Below, piece by piece: positions 44,174-54,687 of a stretch of DNA of 64,000 nt (position 1 is its first letter; every line of letters begins with the position of its first letter). The position numbers were made by a program, and so were the translations under genes. This stretch comes from Candidatus Micrarchaeota archaeon (GTDB lineage: Archaea > Micrarchaeota > Micrarchaeia > CABMEP01), in assembly GCA_964358895.1 (NCBI GenBank), contig CAYHPR010000002.1, positions 30,773 to 94,772 of the forward strand, given 5' to 3'. The notes below the pieces were generated by a model that saw nothing but the letters and a program-made list of their open reading frames with translations, was not told the DNA's origin and searched no databases.

Positions 44174-45358
44174 ATGAAAGTTGCATTCTTGGTTCAGCGC
44201 GGTTTCGATCTTCGCGGTGCCTCCTTCGGAGGCTCGCCGAGTGTTTTATACATATTCAGGAGGCTTGTAGAACGCGGGCATACGCCTATTCTTATTGTAC
44301 CTTCGGACAGAGAAGGCGAAGAAATTTTTGAGGGAGGTAAAATTTTTTACGTGAAAGATACCGTCAATCCAAAAGATATCTATGCGGGTTTGTTGAAAGT
44401 TGTCGGAAAAGCTATAGGAAATTTTGCATCCGTTTTCAGGTTTAAAAAAATAGTTGACCGAGAGAAACCGGAACTTATTATCTATCAGCCAAGTCTTTTG
44501 GCCGCATTATCTCTTTTGATTAAATACTCTTTTTCGAAGACAAAATTTGTATTTAGACATGAAGATTCGATTGCAAATCTTGCCAGAATCAGGGGGGCAA
44601 AAGGTATGCAACTTTTGCTGCCAAAATTTCTTGAATGGTTTTATTGTTTTTTTTCAGATCATATTCTGACTTCTCAACGTGAATTGACTGCGATATTAAT
44701 TGAACAGTATGGAAAATTCGGCATTCCCAAATCTAAGATCACAGCCGTTCCATATTCTGTAGATTTTTCTATTTTTATGAAAAAAAGAAACAAAACCTTA
44801 AAGCAGAAAAAAATCAGATACAAGTTTTTGTACACTGGAGGGATTGGATATCGACAAGATATTCCCGAGTTTCTTTCTCTAGTTCTTCCCGTACTTAAGA
44901 AAAGAAAAGACCTAGAATTTCTTTTCGTTGGTAAGGAACAAAATAATAGTCTATCGACATTTATCAAAAGAAACGGACTTTATAATACTATTAAAATTCT
45001 TCCATCAATTGAATATGGAAAGATTCCCGAATTGATTAGATCTGTAGATTTCGGATTAACTATTCTTAAAAATGATCAGGGGCTTAATTATTCTGTTCCT
45101 TCAAAGACAATTGAATATATCGCATCAGGTAAACCGGTTTTAGCATACGGGCCACCTGGTGGAAAACTTGACCAGTTAATCTCTGGTTTTCGGGCCGGAA
45201 TCTTTTTGAGAAAAGATTTAGATATCTTTAACCAAATGGAGCAGTTAATTAGAAATAGACAAAGATTTACTATGAATACAAAAAAAGCAGTTAACAGTGA
45301 AGTATTTGGTACTGCAGATACGTTTATAGATGTCTGCGAAAAATTATTGAAGCTTTAA
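44174..45358 (+). CDS. GT-B glycosyltransferase (family 4-like)
   Basis: Two-Rossmann layout of about 390 aa; the C-terminal part has the E..x7..E-like region VPSKTIEYIASGKPVLA. Confidence 0.7.
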   Translation: MKVAFLVQRGFDLRGASFGGSPSVLYIFRRLVERGHTPILIVPSDREGEEIFEGGKIFYVKDTVNPKDIYAGLLKVVGKAIGNFASVFRFKKIVDREKPELIIYQPSLLAALSLLIKYSFSKTKFVFRHEDSIANLARIRGAKGMQLLLPKFLEWFYCFFSDHILTSQRELTAILIEQYGKFGIPKSKITAVPYSVDFSIFMKKRNKTLKQKKIRYKFLYTGGIGYRQDIPEFLSLVLPVLKKRKDLEFLFVGKEQNNSLSTFIKRNGLYNTIKILPSIEYGKIPELIRSVDFGLTILKNDQGLNYSVPSKTIEYIASGKPVLAYGPPGGKLDQLISGFRAGIFLRKDLDIFNQMEQLIRNRQRFTMNTKKAVNSEVFGTADTFIDVCEKLLKL

Positions 45359-45371
45359 TGTATAATGTTGG

Positions 45372-46523
45372 ATGGATAAAATGGCATTTGTTAAACTATT
45401 GGATAAATATATCGGGATCCCTATCTGCTATCTCCTTTGGCCATTAACAAAAATTATGGCAAGAAATAAAGGGAAAAATATTCTTATAGTTAAGATGTGG
45501 GGAATGGGGGACGCAGTAATTATTTTACCAGTTGTAAATTTCCTTAAAAAAAGAATGCCAGATAGAAAAATAATCGCACTTGCAACGAGAGAGACTGCAG
45601 ACGTTTTTAAGCACGAAGCCATAGACGAAGTAGTTATTTTCAATGATAAAGTTGGACCGTCCCTTCCATTAGATTCTTTGAAAACTATACATGAATTATC
45701 TAAGAAGAATATAGGAACAATTCTTGATTTTGAACAGTTTACAAGAATATCTGCAATTTTTTCTTTCCTTTCCGGAGCTGCAATGAGAGTTGGTTATAAG
45801 GGCCTTGGTAAAGATAGGCTGTATACCCATCGCGTTCCCTTCAATTCAGATGTTCATGCATCTGAATCATTTTCAGACATAACTGGCATACTTGGAGTCA
45901 AGGAAAAGATAACTGAGCTTGAACGTTTGACAATATCGAGGGAAGATCGGGCAATAGCCGCGAAATTTATTAGAGAAAATAATCTTGGAAAAAAGAAAGT
46001 AATAGGAATACATCCCGGTTCAGGTCCTACTGCAATTTCAAGAAGGTGGGATCCAGACAAATTCTCTAGGTTAGCCGACATGTTGGCAAAACTCGGATAT
46101 TCTATTGTTATCTCCGGGACGAAATCCGAATCAGAAGTTATAGGAGCTGTATCAAACCATATGAAAGAAAGGAAAGTTTTAGCAACTTCACTTACAATCA
46201 AACAATTTTGTGCTTTAATTGAAAATTTCGAATTATTTGTAAGCAATGATACTGGGCCAATGCATCTTGCAGCAGCAATGGGTACGCCAACATTAGGTCT
46301 TATGGGGGTTAATACTCCTACCCGATACGCCCCTCTTGGTAAAAAAAATAGATATATTTACAAAAATTTTCCATGCAGTCCATGTGTTAATGTTCACAGA
46401 GGTATAGTCCCAATGGTATGTCCGTTATACGAGAATGCAAAGTGTATGGAAGCGATATCCGTAATCAACGCATTCACAGTAGCAAAAGAAATGCTTCAAA
46501 ATAAACCAAATTCTTCAAATTAA
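45372..46523 (+). CDS. Family 9 glycosyltransferase (heptosyltransferase-like)
   Basis: ILIVKMWGMGDAV, IGIHPGSG, and FVSNDTGPMHLAAAMGTPTLGL are GT9 hallmarks. Confidence 0.8.
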   Translation: MDKMAFVKLLDKYIGIPICYLLWPLTKIMARNKGKNILIVKMWGMGDAVIILPVVNFLKKRMPDRKIIALATRETADVFKHEAIDEVVIFNDKVGPSLPLDSLKTIHELSKKNIGTILDFEQFTRISAIFSFLSGAAMRVGYKGLGKDRLYTHRVPFNSDVHASESFSDITGILGVKEKITELERLTISREDRAIAAKFIRENNLGKKKVIGIHPGSGPTAISRRWDPDKFSRLADMLAKLGYSIVISGTKSESEVIGAVSNHMKERKVLATSLTIKQFCALIENFELFVSNDTGPMHLAAAMGTPTLGLMGVNTPTRYAPLGKKNRYIYKNFPCSPCVNVHRGIVPMVCPLYENAKCMEAISVINAFTVAKEMLQNKPNSSN

Positions 46524-46559
46524 TTCTTCAAATTATTAATTTTATCAATGCCTAAGTGG

Positions 46560-49205
46560 TCAGTCTTTAATTTTGTATATTCTTACTGGAATATCGGGTT
46601 TGTTAGAATAGACATTAGGATAAACCTGTACAAATCCAGGAATGTTGCCTTCAAAGAACCCTTTGTAAAATACGGATTCGTAATAACTTCCTTTTTTGTC
46701 AGTCGCATCTGCTCCATAAATAGCCATGAAAATCGCAAATCCCTCTTGTTCTCCTTGCTGAAGCAGGTTAGTTATTCCAGCAACAGATCCGTTTTCATAT
46801 AGTAATGGCAGTTGTCCAGTATAACAGTAATTATTGAAGCCAGTCAACTGCCCTAATGAGCTATATATCTTTACCGCAGTAACATTCCCTCTCTTTAACT
46901 TACATAAATCGTTCGATGTTGGATTCTTAGGTGCAAATACCTGTTCAGCATAGCTTAATGCATCGCATTCCGAATTTCCTGGTCCTTTTTCTATAGTTGT
47001 TTTATTGTTGTAAAAACATGAATGATATACTAGGGCGCCCCATTTTCCAATCAAATCTTGGTCAAGAAGCAAGTATTTTGCACGGTGTTCTTTCATATAT
47101 TTTACAAGTGATTCTGGTGTGTCGTGCACAAGTTTATCTGCAACTTCCTGGTGCATTATGGTATATTCGTGTGTATTTCCAGTAACTGATTTCTTTTGTC
47201 CAAAGGAGTTTGTCCAATGTCCATAATCCCACCACGAGAAGATGCGTTCTTCTTCACCAACGTTCTCTTTTATCCATGTCATTGCATCAATCCAGAAATC
47301 CGGCATCCTGCTACAGTAAATTCTCAACGCAAGGGATTGTGCCCTACCTACAAATTCTTTGATAAATTGTGGTGAGTTTGTCGAGAACGTACTCTGCAAA
47401 TCCTCATTTATTTTATTACAAACGTTTTGGTTGAACGTTGGGTTATTTTCAACACTTTCTTTTGCTGCAAAAGTTGTTGAGTAAAGTGTTATGCCATAAT
47501 ACGGCGCGGCTTGGGCAACAAATAACAACAATCCCACAGCAAGGCCAACAGATCCAATTTTATATTTTTTGATTTTGTAAAATTCCGCAATCAGTACGCA
47601 GAAGATTATTGGCACCATAAGTGCCGTAAAAACTACGAATTTTGCTTTGAAAAATCCAGCCAATGAGACCGGGAAAAGTCCAATTAGAAACAGTATTAGT
47701 TGTTCAAGTTCAACTTTTTCACTTTCAGATAACGGCAGAGTTTTCATTTTTGATGCAAATCGATACAGTGCAAACAGAATTGCAAACAGCGTTACGATGA
47801 TGATTACAGGAGTCATACTAAGTGTTCCGAAGTTTGTTCCAAGAACGCCTAAAGGATAAGAGAAATCTATCGATGCCCTAGTTTGTTCAGCGATCGTCTG
47901 AAGGGTCGGATCCGTGTAAGTTGTAACATAAAGCACCGTTCCCATCACTCTGTCAATAAGGCTTCTAAGCGGCGTAATCAAGATTAGAATAAGTCCAAGG
48001 ACCAGAAATACAGAGAGATAAAGCAACCTATCCTCTGTGTTTTTCATTGCATTTTTCATGTAATATAACGTCGTTGCCAGTATCAAAGACAAGATTGGCG
48101 CAAATGGCAGTATGTGCGTTTGATCTAAGTCGCGTATTTCGTCAACGGGTAAATAAAGCCATATCATTATTACTGCCAGTAGAACTCCCGGAACGATCAT
48201 TGTAGCATTCATCTTCAAGAAATCCGGCGTTATATCGTTGAGAAAGAAATATGCCAATGTCAGTACTGCCAAGAAAATAGTAAGAGTCAATGCCGGTATG
48301 ATTCCAGATGCCGAACCTACGAGAGACAGGGCAAGTGCGAAAGTTGTAAGCAGAGCAAGTCGTTTTGATCGGTATAATGTAGCGAGTGCGAACGTTGAGA
48401 AAAAGAAGATTATAGAAAAAAAGCCAAAAGGTGTTAGTTCAAAATTTCCAGTTAAAACTTTGTCAACAAGGGACGGGGTAAATGCCATAAATCCAGCTGC
48501 TATTAACCCAATTTTGTTATTGTAAACGCGTGATAACCAAAGATAAGCAAAAAATGTGAATACTGCCGCAATTATTGGTGGGTAAAGTGACGACACCAAT
48601 GTCATTTTTTCAAAATTAAAAATTTCCAAACCATTAAACATGGAATATAAGAAATACCACCCTGCTTCCATTGTTTGAACAAGGCCAAATACTCTGTGTG
48701 TTGATGGGTTTGGATACCAGACTAAATCGTCATGCAGAGGCACAGTTCCCTTCTCTATCAAGAATTGTGTAGCTTGATTATACCAATACGGGTCAAAATC
48801 ATAAAAGTAAGGCGTAAGTGACTGCATTCTTATCCAAAATGCTAGGAAAGTTATTATCAGTATAGCGCCCATCAGTTTGAAATTCGCACCTTTTAGTCCG
48901 ATACTTGTTGGGAGCACCGTAAGTTTATCCCGATATATGACAAATAGCGAAATTGCAACAACGACTAAGACATTGATCAACATCATTGAAGATGTAAAGC
49001 TTATTCCAAGATTAAATTCAAGGAAACCTAAAACTGCAGGAACAAACATCCCCAAAGGTAACCCTATGAAAAAAAGTTCCAAAGAATTAAACTTCTGCAT
49101 TTTTCTTAGTAATGCTATTGCGAGCAAATATCCCGGAACAGATACGGCAATAAATATTGGCAATGACTGAACTAAGAATTCCAAAATTGTTGTCATGTTA
49201 TACAC
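46560..49205 (-). CDS. aglB: Oligosaccharyltransferase AglB/STT3
   Basis: 13-TM-like N-terminal half, the WWDYGHW (WWDYG) motif, and a soluble C-terminal domain; 881 aa. Confidence 0.9.
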   Translation of the reverse strand: MYNMTTILEFLVQSLPIFIAVSVPGYLLAIALLRKMQKFNSLELFFIGLPLGMFVPAVLGFLEFNLGISFTSSMMLINVLVVVAISLFVIYRDKLTVLPTSIGLKGANFKLMGAILIITFLAFWIRMQSLTPYFYDFDPYWYNQATQFLIEKGTVPLHDDLVWYPNPSTHRVFGLVQTMEAGWYFLYSMFNGLEIFNFEKMTLVSSLYPPIIAAVFTFFAYLWLSRVYNNKIGLIAAGFMAFTPSLVDKVLTGNFELTPFGFFSIIFFFSTFALATLYRSKRLALLTTFALALSLVGSASGIIPALTLTIFLAVLTLAYFFLNDITPDFLKMNATMIVPGVLLAVIMIWLYLPVDEIRDLDQTHILPFAPILSLILATTLYYMKNAMKNTEDRLLYLSVFLVLGLILILITPLRSLIDRVMGTVLYVTTYTDPTLQTIAEQTRASIDFSYPLGVLGTNFGTLSMTPVIIIVTLFAILFALYRFASKMKTLPLSESEKVELEQLILFLIGLFPVSLAGFFKAKFVVFTALMVPIIFCVLIAEFYKIKKYKIGSVGLAVGLLLFVAQAAPYYGITLYSTTFAAKESVENNPTFNQNVCNKINEDLQSTFSTNSPQFIKEFVGRAQSLALRIYCSRMPDFWIDAMTWIKENVGEEERIFSWWDYGHWTNSFGQKKSVTGNTHEYTIMHQEVADKLVHDTPESLVKYMKEHRAKYLLLDQDLIGKWGALVYHSCFYNNKTTIEKGPGNSECDALSYAEQVFAPKNPTSNDLCKLKRGNVTAVKIYSSLGQLTGFNNYCYTGQLPLLYENGSVAGITNLLQQGEQEGFAIFMAIYGADATDKKGSYYESVFYKGFFEGNIPGFVQVYPNVYSNKPDIPVRIYKIKD

Positions 49206-49369
49206 TGTATTGTCTAATCCATTTATCTAATCTATTTTAACTTTTTAGCAAATATCAATTGTATACATTAGATCCTTGCTAACAATTAGTATAATTACTT
49301 AATTACTACTTATTATTTATACTAATAACATTAGTATTTTAATTTAATAAGCTTTTGAGATAGATTGGA

Positions 49370-50884
49370 ATGGAAGACGAATCAGTTACTGAATATTCAA
49401 CTCAGTTTGAGCAAAAACGAATAATAGTGAAGGGCGCCTTTTGGACGTATTTTGGCCATTTTATTCTCGTTACATCCTCGCTTTTTACAAATATTCTTCT
49501 TGCCAGGCTACTCGATAAGGATAATTGGGGAGTATTCTCATTAGTTCTTTCACTCGTGTCCTTCTTTTCTGCATTTTCAGATGTCGGATTTAATTATACA
49601 ATCCAGCATAAGCTTGCTTCCAGCATCGATAAGCGTGCGAGTGCAGTAAAACGGATTGTTGGAGTATTATTACGATATAAATTATTCCTCTTAGTGCTGG
49701 CAACTGTCATACTTTTGTTTTTGGCAGGTACAGATGTTTTAACGAATCTCTTCAAAGTTGAAAACGGGACGATATATTTTGTCGTAGGTGCTGTATTTTT
49801 CTTGTTTTTCAATATTATGGGCACATTCGATTCAGTTTTTCTCGGACTTAAGCAGTTCAGAGACAGTTCTTTGACCCTGAGCGTATATCACGTTTTGCGA
49901 TTATTTCTATCTTCGTTGTTAGTTTTTTTTGGATTTGGTATTTCGGGAGCTATCGTAGGATTTGTGATTGCTTTGGCAATAACTACAGCCATACAGATTT
50001 ATTTTCTTAGATCTTTTTTGACACTTGCAGGGCGTGCAGACGAATCGTTGATGAATCAATTCAGTTATGGATTCAATATAGGTCTTGCTTCAATGGCAAT
50101 GAATATTCTTCTGTACACGGATTCAGTAACTATCGGATTGCTAGTCAATGCGACTGCCGTAGGTTTCTACAGAATCGCCAGCGGCATAGCTACTGCAGCT
50201 GGGGGTGCGATAGGAGTTATAAACAAAGTACTTTTTCCGATTTTCAGTTCTGAGTCCGATAAGAAAAAGTCAACAGTTCAATTCAACCGATCCCTAAAGT
50301 ACGCTGTAATATTTTCAATCCCTGCGTTTGTAGGACTTGCTGTTGTCAGCGATGTGTTGGTAGGTGTCTTTTTCGGAGTTCAATACGCAGAAAGTTCACT
50401 GCCCCTAATTATACTGAGCTATTCGGTTTTTGATACAGTGTTTACAGGAATCCTTGTAGCTTATCTAGCTGCAAAGAAGCATACGGCAATTGTAGGACAA
50501 ACTGCGGCAGCAATAACAATAATGAATGTTATCCTTAACGTTGTTTTAATCAATTACCTTGGATTTATAGGGGCTGCGGTTGCAAGCGTGTTCGTAAGAA
50601 TAGTAATGTTTCTAACACTTTATTTATGGGCAAAAGCAAAAATAGGATTGTCAATAGACTGGTCAATCTTCAAACAACCAATTGCTTCATCGGCAATAAT
50701 GTTATTGGCCCTTATTTTGGTTAAAACATATGTTCCTATTAGCTATTCCTTGGAGCTTGTAAACCTTGTCAAGTTTTCATTATACGTAGTAGTTGGCATT
50801 ATTTCTTATTTCGGTCCAGCATACGTTTTCGGTTTCAATATATTTGGATTTGGAAAGAAAGCTTATGAGTTGCTGTTCTCCTAG
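49370..50884 (+). CDS. Polysaccharide/oligosaccharide flippase (MOP/Wzx family)
   Basis: 504 aa with about 12-14 TM helices, the typical polysaccharide biosynthesis protein layout; adjacent to aglB. Confidence 0.7.
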   Translation: MEDESVTEYSTQFEQKRIIVKGAFWTYFGHFILVTSSLFTNILLARLLDKDNWGVFSLVLSLVSFFSAFSDVGFNYTIQHKLASSIDKRASAVKRIVGVLLRYKLFLLVLATVILLFLAGTDVLTNLFKVENGTIYFVVGAVFFLFFNIMGTFDSVFLGLKQFRDSSLTLSVYHVLRLFLSSLLVFFGFGISGAIVGFVIALAITTAIQIYFLRSFLTLAGRADESLMNQFSYGFNIGLASMAMNILLYTDSVTIGLLVNATAVGFYRIASGIATAAGGAIGVINKVLFPIFSSESDKKKSTVQFNRSLKYAVIFSIPAFVGLAVVSDVLVGVFFGVQYAESSLPLIILSYSVFDTVFTGILVAYLAAKKHTAIVGQTAAAITIMNVILNVVLINYLGFIGAAVASVFVRIVMFLTLYLWAKAKIGLSIDWSIFKQPIASSAIMLLALILVKTYVPISYSLELVNLVKFSLYVVVGIISYFGPAYVFGFNIFGFGKKAYELLFS

Positions 50885-50905
50885 CTACTTCATTTTAATT
50901 GCAAG

Positions 50906-51508
50906 TTATACAATCAATCCACCAGAAAACATCATTGCTAAAGCAATTACGAACGCAACCGCCCATATTCCTTTATCCCAATTGAAAACCTTCGCACCAT
51001 CTAGAATGAAGATAGGTAATAAGTTAAAGACTGCAAGAAGTGCGTTGATATTCATTCCAAATATTGCTATTTCTTTTACTATCTGAGTGAGGTTTATAGA
51101 TAAAATACTTGAGCCTAAAAGTATACATACAAAAAAGAGCCACAATGCCATGTTTATTGCAGGACCAGTTAATGAAATGATTCCATTTTCTTTCTTTGTC
51201 ATATAATTTTTGAAGATGTAAACTGCGCCAGGAGCTGCAAAAATTATTCTTATGAAAAATGCGAGTATGAACATCAAAAATAGTCCTTCTTTCCAAACAA
51301 TAAATCTTGCACGTGCACCGTGGCGTTCTGCCATCCATTTGTGTCCAAGTTCATGACTTATGAATCCAATCCCAACTGTGAATAAAACTATAGCAAGTTT
51401 CGGAATAAGATTCTGTTCGAAAAAAACACCCGGTCCCCAGAACACAATGGCAAAAGCTAGTACAATTGATGCCATTGCGATTATCATGTCTTCTGTTTCG
51501 CTACCCAT
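50906..51508 (-). CDS. M50-family (site-2 protease-like) membrane metalloprotease
   Basis: HELGHKWMA HExxH within a TM helix; LLPIFILDGAKV (the LDG motif). Confidence 0.8.
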   Translation of the reverse strand: MGSETEDMIIAMASIVLAFAIVFWGPGVFFEQNLIPKLAIVLFTVGIGFISHELGHKWMAERHGARARFIVWKEGLFLMFILAFFIRIIFAAPGAVYIFKNYMTKKENGIISLTGPAINMALWLFFVCILLGSSILSINLTQIVKEIAIFGMNINALLAVFNLLPIFILDGAKVFNWDKGIWAVAFVIALAMMFSGGLIV

Positions 51509-51574
51509 AAACTTACCTACTAATCCATTGTGATTAACGCTGTTTCTCTCAAATCATGATGTCAGTTTATTTTT

Positions 51575-51976
51575 TTATCCTCTTATCTCTATAGGGATGT
51601 TTTTTTCCATCACTTTAACTTCCGGATTTGTTAATAGTCCTTCATATCTTGAAACCTTTCCTATTCCTGTTGTTCCATCCATTAGTTCGAACTGAATCAA
51701 GTCATTAAATCTTCCATCACTCATTGCAACTGCATTAGTGAATCCAAACAAAAAAATAGGCAATTTTTCTTCCGAGACAATTATTCGATCCCCCTTTCTA
51801 ATCCCCCGGATTTGCGGATAAGCCAATAATGTTACTAGTGCAAGTCCGATATCTATTGCAATAAGTTTTGCCAATAATCCCAATGTTGCATTTGGAGTGA
51901 TCCCAAATAATATCAGGGCCATTGCAGTAAAAAAGACCAGTACTCTAGCAAAAAATCCGATTAGCATATATATCAC
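51575..51976 (-). CDS. Hypothetical membrane protein (2 TM + small soluble domain)
   Basis: 133-aa ORF, co-directional with the M50 protease gene. Confidence 0.45.
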   Translation of the reverse strand: MIYMLIGFFARVLVFFTAMALILFGITPNATLGLLAKLIAIDIGLALVTLLAYPQIRGIRKGDRIIVSEEKLPIFLFGFTNAVAMSDGRFNDLIQFELMDGTTGIGKVSRYEGLLTNPEVKVMEKNIPIEIRG

Positions 51977-52013
51977 TTTACAACTTTTAACTACAATTTA
52001 TTTCAACCGTTCG

Positions 52014-54164
52014 TTATTGGTACATTCCAACAACGCCTTGTTCAAATCTTTTTATTCTCTCCATATGTTCTTTTGTTACAGTTGCACGAACTTCCGTGAT
52101 CGAACCTTCAAAATCTTCCATAGTTACCTTATCATGTTTAGCACGTATTGCATTCATGCCTGCTTCTCTAACAACGCCTTCCACATCTGCACCAGAATAA
52201 CCTTTGAGTAGGCTGTTTATTCTTTCCAGATCAACATCCTTTGCAATCGGCATATTTTTCGTGTGAACTTTTAGCACTTCAATTCTAGATTTATCATCTG
52301 GGAACGGAATCTCAATTATTCTGTCAAATCGACCAGGACGTAATAATGCTGGATCTATTATGTCGGGTCTATTTGTAGCTGCAATAACTACGATATTCTT
52401 CAGTTCTTCAAGTCCATCCAATTCTAGCAAGAGTGTATTTACAACGCGTTCACCAACTCTACTTCCATCATCCGATCCGCCTCGCGCGCTAGCTATTGCG
52501 TCTAATTCGTCAATAAATATGATTGAAGGTGCAGCCATTCTTGCTTTTCTAAATATCTCGCGTATTGCTTTTTCCGATTCTCCAACCCATTTAGAAAATA
52601 GCTCAGGGCCTTTAATCGAAATGAAGTTTGATTCACTTTCTGTTGCGACTGCTTTTGCAAGCAACGTTTTTCCAGTCCCGGGTGGTCCATACAGCAAAAT
52701 ACCTTTGGGTGTACGTATTCCCATTTTTTTGAATACATCCGGATTCTTAAGTGGAAGGTCTACGGCTTCTTTTAGTTTTGTTTTCACTTCTTCAAGTCCT
52801 CCAACATCCTTCCAATGAACATTAGGAACTTCAACAAATACTTCTCGTAAAGCCGATGGTTGAATCTCACGCATTGCATCGGTGAAATCATTTGCTGTAA
52901 CTGTCAATTTTTCTAGCACTGCAGGAGGTATGATGTCTTGTTCAAGATTTATTTCAGGCATAATCTTTCTCAACGCTTTCATTGCAGCTTCCTTCGTAAG
53001 CAATGAAATATCCGCACCAGTATAACCGTGCGTTACATTTGAAAGATGATCAAGACTAACATCTTTATTTAACGGCATATTGCGCGTGTGAATCATAAGA
53101 ACTTCTTTTCTCGAATTTTTATCCGGTACACCGATTTCGATTTCTCGATCAAAGCGGCCAGGACGGCGCAGAGCCTGATCAATGGAATTCGGTCGATTTG
53201 TTGCACCGATAACTATAACTTGTCCTCTTGTTTTCAACCCATCCATAAGCGCAAGAAGCTGACTAACCATTCTTCTTTCAACCTCACCTGTCGCCTCCTC
53301 TCTTTTCGGTGCTATTGCATCGATTTCATCCATAAAAATGATTGAAGGTGCATTCTCTTCGGCCTCCTTGAAAAGTCCACGTAGCCGTTCTTCAGATTCT
53401 CCGACAAACTTTGAGATCAGTTCCGGTCCACCGACATAAATAAAATTCGCTTCACTTTCGTTTGCGACTGCTTTCGCAAGAAGCGTTTTTCCAGTTCCTG
53501 GCGAACCATGGATAAGAACTCCTTTCGGTGCTTCAATTCCAAGCCTTTCGAATAGTTCAGGATGTCGCAGCGGTAGTTCAATCATTTCTCTTACTTTTCT
53601 TATTTCTTCTTTAAGTCCGCCGATATCTTCATATGAGACTGTTGGAATTCTGCCAACATCTTTCATTGGTTCTTCTTTCAGTTCAATTTGTGTAGCTTCA
53701 GTAATTATGACTGCAGATGGAGGTTGAACGATTGCAGCTATGAGCGGAAAAGTGGTTGTACCAAAAACGCTGACAAAAATTGTATCTCCCTTCACCAGCG
53801 CTCTTCCTTCCATTCTCTTCTTTATCAATTCAGGAAATCCTGGGGAGAATCGCATTGGCTGGTATGGCGCAAAAGTTACTTTTTTAGCTTCCTTAACTTC
53901 GTTTTTTCTTATAAAGATTTTATCTCCAAGTCCAACGCCTGCATTTTGACGCATATATCCGTCCATTCTGATGATGCCAGCTCCTTCGTCTTGTGGATGC
54001 GAAGGCCAGACGAGACCGACAGTGACTTTTTTGCCTTTTAATTCAACTACGTCGCCAGTTGTCACTGCAAGTTTTTTCATCGTTGCAGCATCGAGTCTAA
54101 CTATCCCTCGTGCAACGTCTGTTTTTAGCGCTTCAGCAATTTTTAGTTCGACTCCTTCTGCCAT
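52014..54164 (-). CDS. cdc48: Cdc48/VCP-like AAA+ ATPase (two AAA domains)
   Basis: Two Walker A motifs ([26 protein letters not shown]), two DEID/DELD Walker B motifs, and an N-domain LKIAEAL..GIVRLD. The ATG at 54164 is preceded by GTGAG. Confidence 0.92.
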   Translation of the reverse strand: MAEGVELKIAEALKTDVARGIVRLDAATMKKLAVTTGDVVELKGKKVTVGLVWPSHPQDEGAGIIRMDGYMRQNAGVGLGDKIFIRKNEVKEAKKVTFAPYQPMRFSPGFPELIKKRMEGRALVKGDTIFVSVFGTTTFPLIAAIVQPPSAVIITEATQIELKEEPMKDVGRIPTVSYEDIGGLKEEIRKVREMIELPLRHPELFERLGIEAPKGVLIHGSPGTGKTLLAKAVANESEANFIYVGGPELISKFVGESEERLRGLFKEAEENAPSIIFMDEIDAIAPKREEATGEVERRMVSQLLALMDGLKTRGQVIVIGATNRPNSIDQALRRPGRFDREIEIGVPDKNSRKEVLMIHTRNMPLNKDVSLDHLSNVTHGYTGADISLLTKEAAMKALRKIMPEINLEQDIIPPAVLEKLTVTANDFTDAMREIQPSALREVFVEVPNVHWKDVGGLEEVKTKLKEAVDLPLKNPDVFKKMGIRTPKGILLYGPPGTGKTLLAKAVATESESNFISIKGPELFSKWVGESEKAIREIFRKARMAAPSIIFIDELDAIASARGGSDDGSRVGERVVNTLLLELDGLEELKNIVVIAATNRPDIIDPALLRPGRFDRIIEIPFPDDKSRIEVLKVHTKNMPIAKDVDLERINSLLKGYSGADVEGVVREAGMNAIRAKHDKVTMEDFEGSITEVRATVTKEHMERIKRFEQGVVGMYQ

Positions 54165-54304
54165 GGAACTCACAATTTTAGTTTAATGTGTCGGTAGCTT
54201 ATCCTATTCTGTCTTAATCTATCCGACGATAATTTCATGTATGCTAACCTTTTAATTACTATCCTGGCTAGCTCGGAGATCCTAAGAACCGTAGGTTCTT
54301 AGAG

Positions 54305-54441
54305 CGAGCCCGAAGGGATTTTCGGAACAATCGGAAAGTTTTGTCGAACTTTTCCAAAAGTTCGTTCGAACCCTCAACCTCTCTGGACCGGTTATTGTGT
54401 TGGTCCGAAGCCAAGCGCTCTGTCCGTTGAGCTACGGGCCC
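54305..54441 (-). tRNA. tRNA-Arg (UCG, tentative) with a T-loop intron (46 nt, 54319..54364) and a short insert 3' of the anticodon loop (about 18 nt, 54382..54399)
   Basis: Exons GGGCCCGTAGCTCAACGGACAGAGCGCTTGGCTTCGGACCAA / GAGGTTGAGGGTTCGAA / TCCCTTCGGGCTCG give a stem CTTGG/CCAAG, loop CTTCGGA, and T-arm GAGGG-TTCGAAT-CCCTT. The exact boundaries of the first insert are uncertain. Confidence 0.65.
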
Positions 54442-54687
54442 TCGCTTAATGTATATCTAACTTCTGCAATAATAAGACTTACTGTTAGGTGATGCAAGAC
54501 TACGCTCCATTTTTTGTTTTCCTCCCATTTTCACTTCCTGCGCTTCCCTTTTCGTTCCAAACCTTTACGGTTGAGAACGAAAACGGTTCTCGGAGTGGAA
54601 ATATGGTAAAGAAAAACAAAATACATAGGTGTGGAGGTCGACTTCCCTCACGGATAATAATAAAGACATTTATCTCTAGGTGAGAAT

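Noticed and set aside
54442-54687. 246-nt ORF-free region between tRNA-Arg and the free-standing LAGLIDADG gene, examined for a C/D-box sRNA or split tRNA half
   Set aside because: A GTGATGC C-box-like string is present, but there are no matching D or D' (CTGA) boxes, and I could not recognise any tRNA-half acceptor or T-arm elements.
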